Positions 54,001 to 62,599 of a stretch of DNA of 64,000 nucleotides are shown piece by piece (within the stretch, counting starts at the first letter, position 1; each line of letters opens with the position of its first letter). This DNA comes from Eledone cirrhosa. Taxonomy: Eukaryota. The position numbers were made by a program, and so were the translations under genes. The stretch is from NCBI GenBank assembly GCA_964016885.1, contig OZ024740.1:290656001-290720000 (forward strand), written 5' to 3'. The notes beneath the pieces were generated by a model, which was not told the DNA's origin, did not search any database, and saw only the letters and a program-made list of their open reading frames with translations.

Positions 54001-57000
54001 TTGGGTGCCCCGTTTTTTTATGGGGGGGGTCCGTTTTTTATATGGGGGTGCCCCGTTTTTTATTTGGGTGCCCCGTTTTTTATTTGGGTGCCCCGTTTTT
54101 TATTTGGGTACCCCGTTTTTTATTTGGGTGCCCCGTTTTTTATTTGGGTGCCCCGTTTTTTATTTGGGTGCCCCGTTTTTTTTATGGGGGGGTCAATTTT
54201 TTATTTGGATGCCACGTTTTTTTATGGGGGGGTCCGTTTTTTATTTGGATACCCCGTTTTTTATTTGGGTGCCCCGTTTTTTTTATGGAGGGGGTTCGTT
54301 TTTTATTTGGGTACCCCGTTTTTTATTTGGGTGCCCCGTTTTTTTATGGGGGGGTCCGTTTTTTATTTGGGTGCCCCGTTTTTTTATGGGGGGGGTCCGT
54401 TTTTTATTTGGGTGCCCCGTTTTTTTATGGGCGGGTCCGTTTTTTATTTGGGTGCCCCGTTTTTTATTTGGGTACCCCTTTTTTTATTTGGGTGCCCCGT
54501 TTTTTTATGGGGGGGTCCGTTTTTTATTTGGATACCCCGTTTTTTATTTGGGTACCCCGTTTTTTATTTGGGTGCCCCGTTTTTTTTATGGGGGGGTCCG
54601 TTTTTTATTTGGGTGCCCCGTTTTTTTATGGGGGGGGGTCCGTTTTTTTATTTGGATACCCCGTTTTTTATTTGGGTGCCCCATTTTTTATTTGGGTGCC
54701 CCGTTTTTTATTTGGGTGCCCCGTTTTTTTTATGGGGGTGTCCGTTTTTTATTTGGGTGCCCCGTTTTTTTATGAGGGGGGGTCCGTTTTTTTATTTGGA
54801 TACCCCGTTTTTTATTTGTGTGCCCCGTTTTTTATTTGTGTGCCCCGTTTTTTATTTGGGTGCCCCGTTTTTTTATGGGGGGGTCCGTTTTTTATCTGGG
54901 TACCCCGTTTTTTATTTGGGTGCCCCGTTTTTTATTTGGGTGCCCCGTTTTTTATTTAGGTGCCCCGTTTTTTATGGGGGTGTCCGTTTTTTATCTGGGT
55001 ACCCCGTTTTTTTATGGGGGGGTCCGTTTTTTATTTGGATACCCCGTTTTTTATTTGGGTGCCCCGTTTTTTATTTGGGTGCCCCGTTTTTTATTTGGGT
55101 GCCCCGTTTTTTTATGGGGGGGGGTCCGTTTTTTATTTGGGTGTCCCGTTTTTTATTTGGGTACCCCGTTTTTTATTTGGGTGCCCCGTTTTTTTATGGG
55201 GGGGGTCCGTTTTTTATTTGGATACCCCGTTTTTTATTTGGGTACCCCGTTTTTTATTTGGGTGCCCCGTTTTTTTATGGGGGGGGTCCGTTTTTTATTT
55301 GGATACCCCGTTTTTTATTTGGGTGCCCCGTTTTTTATTTGGGTGCCCCGTTTTTTATTTGGGTACCCCGTTATTTATTTGGGTGCCCCGTTTTTTTAAG
55401 GGGGGGTCCGTTTTTTATATGGGGGGTCCGTTTTTTATTTGGGTGCCCCGTTTTTTATTTGGGTGCCCCGTTTTTTATTTGGGTGCCCCGTTTTTTATTT
55501 GGGTACCCCGTTTTTTATTTGGGTGCCCCATTTTTTATTTGGGTGCCCCGTTTTTTATTTGGGTGCCCCGTTTTTTTTATGGAGGGGTCCGTTTTTTATT
55601 TGGGTGCGCCGTTTTTTTATGGGGGGGTCCGTTTTTTATCTGGGTACCCCGTTTTTTATTTGGGTACCCCGTTTTTTATTTGGGTGCCCCGTTTTTTTAT
55701 GGGGCGGGGTCCGTTTTTTATCTGGGTACCCCGTTTATTATTTGGGTACCCCGTTTTTTATTTGGGTGCCCCGTTTTTTTATGGGGGGGGTCCGTTTTTT
55801 ATTTGGATACCCCGTTTTTTATTTGGGTGCCCCGTTTTTTATTTGGGTGCCCCGTTTTTTATTTAGGTGCCCCGTTTTTTATGGGGGTGTCCGTTTTTTA
55901 TCTGGGTACCCCGTTTTTTATTTGGGTGCCCCGTTTTTTATTTGGGTGCCCCGTTTTTTATTTGGGTGCCCCGTCTTTTATTTGGGTGCCCCGTTTTTTT
56001 TATCTGGGTACCCCGTTTTTTATTTGGGTGCCCCGTTTTTTATTTGGGTGCCCCGTTTTTTTATGGGGCGGGGTCCGTTTTTTATCTGGGTACCCCGTTT
56101 TTTATTTGGGTACCCCGTTTTTTATTTGGGTGCCCCGTTTTTTTATGGGGGGGTCCGTTTTTTATTTGGGTGCCCCGTTTTTTATGAGGGGGTCCGTTTT
56201 TTAATTGGGTGCCCCGTTTCTTATTTGGGTGCCCCGTTTTTTATTTGGGTGCCCCGTTTTTTTATGGGGGGGTCCGTTTTTTATTTGGGTGCCCCGTTTT
56301 TTATTTGGGTGCCCCGTTTTTTATTTGGGTGCCCCTTTTTTTTATTTGGGTACCCTGTTTTTTATTTGGGCGCCCCGTTTTTTTATGGGGGGGTCCGTTT
56401 TTTATTTGGGTGCCCCGTTTTTTTATGGGGGGGGGTCCGTTTTTTTATTTGGATACCCCGTTTTTTATTTGGGTGCCCCATTTTTTATTTGGGTGCCCCG
56501 TTTTTTATTTGGGTGCCCCGTTTTTTTTATGGGGGGGTCCGTTTTTTATTTGGGTGCCCCGTTTTTTTATGGGGGGGTCCGTTTTTTTATTTGGATACCC
56601 CGTTTTTTATTTGTGTGCCCCGTTTTTTATTTGTGTGCCCCGTTTTTTATTTGGGTGCCCCGTTTTTTTATGGGGGGTCCGTTTTTTATCTGGGTAGCCC
56701 GTTTTTTATTTGGGTGCCCCGTTTTTTATTTGGGTGCCCCGTTTTTTATTTAGGTGCCCCGTTTTTTATGGGGGTGTCCGTTTTTTATCTGGGTACCCCG
56801 TTTTTTTATGGGGGGGTCCGTTTTTTATTTGGATACCCCGTTTTTTATTTGGGTGCCCCGTTTTTTATTTGGGTGCCCCGTTTTTTATTTGGGTGCCCCG
56901 TTTTTTTATGGGGGGGTCCGTTTTTTATCTGGGTACCCCGTTTTTTATTTGGGTGCCCCGTTCTTTATTTGGGTGCCCCGTTTTTTATTTAGGTGCCCCG

Positions 57001-57200
57001 TTTTTTATGGGGGTGTCCGTTTTTTATCTGGGTACCCCGTTTTTTATTTGGGTACCCCGTTTTTTATTTGGGTGCCCCGTTTTTTATTTGGGTGCCCCGT
57101 TTTTTATTTGGGTGCCCCGTTTTTTTTATCTGGGTACCCCGTTTTTTATTTGGGTGCCCCGTTTTTTATTTGGGTGCCCCGTTTTTTATTTGGGTGCCCC
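51100..57200. repeat. Degenerate higher-order repeats with ~1.6-2.0 kb spacing
   Basis: ORF pair 51506/53133 (1627), GGTCAATTTT with TCA at 52208/54193 (1985), and the TTTAGG-GTGTCC-ATCTGG-B-GGATAC cassette at ~51290, 52918, 54960 and 56754. Confidence 0.65.
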
Positions 57201-58519
57201 GTTTTTTTTATGGGGGGGTCCGTTTTTTATTTGGGTGCCCCGTTTTTTTATGGGGGGGGTCCGTTTTTTATTTCGGTGCCCCATTTTTTATCTGGGTACC
57301 CCGTTTTTTATTTGGGTACCCCGCTTTTTATTTCGGTGCCCCGTTTTTTTATGGGGGGGTCCGTTTTTTATTTGGGTGCCCCGTTTTTTATTTGGGTGCC
57401 CCGTTTTTTTATGGGGGGGGTCCGTTTTTTATTTGGGTGCCCCGTTTTTTATTTGGGTGCCCCGTTTTTTTATGGGGGGGGTCCGTTTTTTATCTGGGTA
57501 CCCCGTTTTTTATTTGGGTACCCCGTTTTTTATTTGGGTGCCCCGTCTTTTTATGGGGGGGTCCGTTTTTTATTTGGGTGCCCCGTTTTTTATTTGGGTG
57601 ACCCGTTTTTTATTTGGGTGCCCCGTTTTTTATTTGGGTGCCCCGTTTATTATTTGGGTGCCCCGTTTTTTATTTGGGTGCCCCGTTTTTTATTTGGGTG
57701 CCCCGTTTTTTTATGGGGGGGTCCGTTTTTTATTGGGGTGCCCCGTTTTTTATTTGGGTGACCCGTTTTTTATTTGGGTGCCCCGTTTTTTATTTGGGTG
57801 CCCCGTTTTTTTATGGGGGGGTCTGTTTTTTATTTGGATACCCCGTTTTTTATTTGGGTGCCCCGTTTTTTTATGGGGGGGGGTCCGTTTTTTATTTGGA
57901 TACCCCGTTTTTTATTTGGGTGCCCCGTTTTTTTATGGGGGGGGTCCGTTTTTTATCTGGGTACCCCGTTTTTTATTTGGGTACCCCGTTTTTTATTTGG
58001 GTGCCCCGTTTTTTCATGGGGGGGTTCGTTTTTTATTTGGATACCCCGTTTTTTATTTGGGTGCCCCGTTTTTTTTTATCTGGGTACCCCGCTTTTTATT
58101 TGGGTGCCCCGTTTTTTATTTGGGTGCCCCGTTTTTTATTTGGGTGCCCCGTTTTTTATTTGGGTGCCCCGTTTTTTTATGGGGCGGGGTCCGTTTTTTA
58201 TCTGGGTACCCCGTTTTTTATTTGGGTACCCCGTTTTTTATTTGGGTGCCCCGTTTTTTTATGGGGGGGTCCGTTTTTTATTTGGATACCCCGTTTTTTA
58301 TTTGGGTGCCCCGTTTTTTATTTGGGTGCCCCGTTTTTTATTTAGGTGTCCGTTTTTTTATCTGGGTACCCCGTTTTGTATTTGGGTGCCCCGTTTTTTA
58401 TTGGGGTGCCCCGTTTTTTTTATGGGGGGGTCCGTTTTTTATTTGGGTGCCCCGTTTTTTATTTGGGTGCCCCGTTTTTTTATGGGGGGGTCCGTTTTTT
58501 ATCTGGGTACCCCGTTTTT

Positions 58520-59850
58520 TATTTGGGTGCCCCGTTTTTTTATGGGGGGGGTCCGTTTTTTATTTGGATACCCCGTTTTTTATTTGGGTGCCCCGTTTTT
58601 TATTTGGGTGCCCCGTTTTTTATTTGGGTACCCCGTTATTTATTTGGGTGCCCCGTTTTTTTATGGGGGGGGGTCCGTTTTTTATATGGGGGGGTCCGTT
58701 TTTTATTTGGGTGCCCCGTTTTTTATTTGGGTGCCCCGTTTTTTATTTGGGTGCCCCGTTTTTTATTTGGGTACCCCGTTTTTTATTTGGGTGCCCGGTT
58801 TTTTTTATGGGGGGGTCCGTTTTTTATTTGGGTGCCCCGTTTTTTTATGGGGGGGGCCGTTTTTTTATTTGGATACCCCGTTTTTTATTTGGGTGCCACG
58901 TTTTTTATTTGGGTGCCCCGTTTTTTATGGGGGGGTCCGTTTTTTATCTGGGTACCCCGTTTTTTATTTGGGTACCCCGTTTTTTATTTGGGTGCCCCGT
59001 TTTTTATTTGGGTGCCCCGTTTTTTATTTGGGTGCCCCGTTTTTTTATGGGGGGGTCCGTTTTTTATCTGGGTACCCCGTTTTTTATTTGGGTGCCCCGT
59101 TTTTTATTTGGGTGCCCCGTTTTTTATTTAGGTGCCCCGTTTTTTATGGGGGTGTCCGTTTTTTATCTGGGTACCCCGTTTTTTATTTGGGTACCCCGTT
59201 TTTTATTTGGGTGCCCCGTTTTTTATTTGGGTGCCCCGTTTTTTATTTGGGTGACCCGTTTTTTATTTGGGTGCCCCGTTTTTTTATGGGGGGGTCTGTT
59301 TTTTATTTGGATACCCCGATTTTTATTTGGGTGCCCCGTTTTTTTATGGGGGGGGGTCCGTTTTTTATTTGGGTACCCCGTTTTTTATTTGGGTGCCCCG
59401 TTTTTTTATGGGGGGGGTCCGTTTTTTATTTGGATACCCCGTTTTTTATTCGGGTGCCCCGTTTTTTATTTGGGTGCCCCGTTTTTATTTGGGTACCCCG
59501 TTATTTATTTGGGTGCCCCGTTTTTTTATGGGGGGGGTCCGTTTTTTATATGGGGGGGTCCGTTTTTTATTTGGGTGCCCCGTTTTTTATTTGGGTGCCC
59601 CGTTTTTTATTTGGGTGCCCCGTTTTTTATTTGGGTACCCCGTTTTTTATTTGGGTGCCCGGTTTTTTTTATGGGGGGGTCCGTTTTTTATTTGGGTGCC
59701 CCGTTTTTTTATGGGGGGGGCCGTTTTTTTATTTGGATACCCCGTTTTTTATTTGGGTGCCCCGTTTTTTATTTGGGTGCCCCGTTTTTTATGGGGGGGT
59801 CCGTTTTTTATCTGGGTACCCCGTTTTTTATTTGGGTACCCCGTTTTTTA
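58520..59850. repeat. ~450-bp block duplicated at an offset of 864 bp
   Basis: GTGCCCGG at 58791/59655, each followed by the G-run-CCG variant (CC at 58857/59721). Confidence 0.8.
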
Positions 59851-60739
59851 TTTGGGTACCCCGTTTTTTATTTGGGTACCCCGTTTTTTATTTGGGTGCC
59901 CCGTTTTTTATTTGGGTGCCCCGTTTTTTTATGGGGGGTCCGTTTTTTATTTGGGTGCCCCGTTCTTTTATGGGGGATCCGTTTTTTATTTGGGAACCCC
60001 ATTTTTTATTTGGGTGCCCCGTTTCTTTATGGGGGGGTCCCTTTTTTATTTGGGTGCCCCGTTTTTTTATGGGTGGGTCCGTTTTTATTTGGGTGCCCCG
60101 TTTTTTTATGGGGGGGTCCGTTTTTTATTTGGGTGTCACGTTTTTTATTTGGGTGCACCGTTTTTTATTTGGGTACCCCGTTTTTTATTTCGGTGCACCG
60201 TTTTTTATTTGGGTGCCCCGTTTTTATTTGGGTACCCCGTTTTTTAATTGGGTGCCCCGTTTTTTTATGGGGGTCCGTTTTTTATTTGGGTGTCCCTTTT
60301 TTATGGGGGGTCCGTTTTTTATTTGGGTACCCCGTTTTTTATTTGGGTGCCCCGTTTTTTATGGGGGGATCCGTTTTTTATTTGGGTGCACCGTTCTTTT
60401 ATGGGGGGGTCCGTTTTTTATTTGGGTACCCCGTTTTTTATTTGGGGGCCCCGTTTTTTTATGGGGGGGTCCGTTTTTTATTAGGTTACACCATTTTTTA
60501 TTTGGGTGCCCCGTTTTTTTATGGGGGGGTCCGTTTTTTATTTGGGTGCCCCGTTTTTTTATGGGGGGGTTCGTTTTTTATTTGGGTGCCCCGTTTTTTT
60601 AAGGGGGGTCCGTTTTTTATTTGGGTGCCCCGTTTTTTATGGGGGGTCCGTTTTTTATTTGGGTGCCCCGTTTTTTATTTGGGTACCCCGTTTTTTATTT
60701 GGGTGCCCCGTTTTTTATTTGGGTGCCCCGTTTTTTTAT

Positions 60740-62260
60740 GGGGGGGTCCGTTTTTTATTTGGGTACCCCTTTTTTTATTTCGGTGTCCCGTTTTTTTATG
60801 GGGGGGTCCGTTTTTTATTTGGTTACCCCGTTTTTTATTTGGGGGCCCCGTTTTTTTATGGGGGGGTCCGTTTTTTATTTGGTTACCCCATTTTTTATTT
60901 GAGTGCCCCGTTTTTTTATGGGGGGGTCCGTTTTTTATTTGGGTGCCCCGTTTTTTTATGGGGGTTCCGTTTTTTATTTGGGTTCCCCGTTTTTTATTTG
61001 GGTACCCCGTTTTTTATTTGGGTGCCCCGTTTTTTATTTGGGTGCCCCGTTTTTTTATAGAGGTTCCGTTTTTTATTTGGGTACCCCGTTTTTTATTTGG
61101 GTGCCCCGTTTTTATATGGGTGCCCCGTTTTTTATTTGGGTGCCCCGTTTTTTATTTGGGTGCACCGTTTTTTATTTGGGTGCCCCGTTTTTTATTTGGG
61201 TGCCCCGTTTTTTATTTGGGTGCCCCGTTTTTTTATGGGGGGGTTCGTTTTTTATTTGGGTGCCCCGTTTTTTTATGGGGGGTCCGTTTTTTATTTGGGT
61301 GCCCCGTTTTTTATTTGGGTACCCCGTTTTTTATTTGGGTGCCCCGTTTTTTATTTGGGTGCCCCGTTTTTTTATGGGGGGTCCGTTTTTTATTTGGGTG
61401 CACCGTTCTTTTATGGGGGGGTCCGTTTTTTATTTGGGTACCCCTTTTTTTATTTCGGTGTCCCGTTTTTTTATGGGGGGGTCCGTTTTTTATTTGGGTA
61501 CCCCGTTTTTTATTTGGGGGCCCCGTTTTTTTATGGGGGGGTCCGTTTTTTATTTGGTTACCCCATTTTTTATTTGAGTGCCCCGTTTTTTTATGGGGGG
61601 GTCCGTTTTTTATTTGGGTGCCCCGTTTTTTTATGGGGGGTCCGTTTTTTATTTGGGTTCCCCGTTTTTTATTTGGGTACCCCGTTTTTTATTTGGGTGC
61701 CCCGTTTTTTATTTGGGTGCCCCGTTTTTTTATAGGGGGTCCGTTTTTTATTTGGGTACCCCGTTTTTATATGGGTGCCCCGTTTTTTATTTGGGTGCCC
61801 CGTTTTTTATTTGGGTGCACCGTTTTTTATTTGGGTGCCCCGTTTTTTATTTGGGTGCCCCGTTTTTTTTGGGGGGGGTTCGTTTTTTATTTGGGTGCCC
61901 CGTTTTTTTATGGGGGGTCCGTTTTTTATTTGGGTGCCCCGTTTTTTATTTGGGTACCCCGTTTTTTATTTGGGTGCCCCGTTTTTTATTTGGGTGCCCC
62001 GTTTTTTTATGGGGGGTCCGTTTTTTATTTGGGTGCACCGTTCTTTTATGGGGGGGGCCGTTTTTTATTTGGGTACCCCGTTTTTTATTTGGGGGCCCCG
62101 TTTTTTTATGGGGGGGTCCGTTTCTTATTTGGTTACCCCATTTTTTATTTGGATGCCCCGTTTTTTTTATGGGGGGGTCCGTTTTTTATTTGGGTGCCCC
62201 GTTTTTTTATGGGGGGGTTCGTTTTTTGTTTGGGTCCCCCGTTTTTTTATGGGGGGTCCG
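60740..62260. repeat. Tandem duplication, period 675 bp, plus a diverged partial third copy
   Basis: GAGTGCCCC at 60901/61576, GGTTACCCCA at 60881/61556/62131, and TATAG at 61056/61731. Confidence 0.85.
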
Positions 62261-62599
62261 TTTTTTATTTGGGTGCCCCGTTTTTTATGGGGGGTCCGTT
62301 TTTTATTTGGGTGCTCCGTTTTTTATTTGGGTACCCCGTTTTTTATTTGGGTGCCCCGTTTTTTATTTGGGTGCCCCGTTTTTTTATGGGGGGGTCCGTT
62401 TTTTATTTGGTTACCCCATTTTTTATTTGGGTGCCCCGTTTTTTATGGGGGGGTCCGTTTTTTATTTGGGTGCCCCGTTTTTTATGGGGGGTCCGTTTTT
62501 TATTTGGGTGCCCCGTTTTTTATTTGGGTACCCCGTTTTTTATTTGGGTGCCCCGTTTTTTATTTGGGTGCCCCGTTTTTTTATGGGGGGGTCCGTTTT

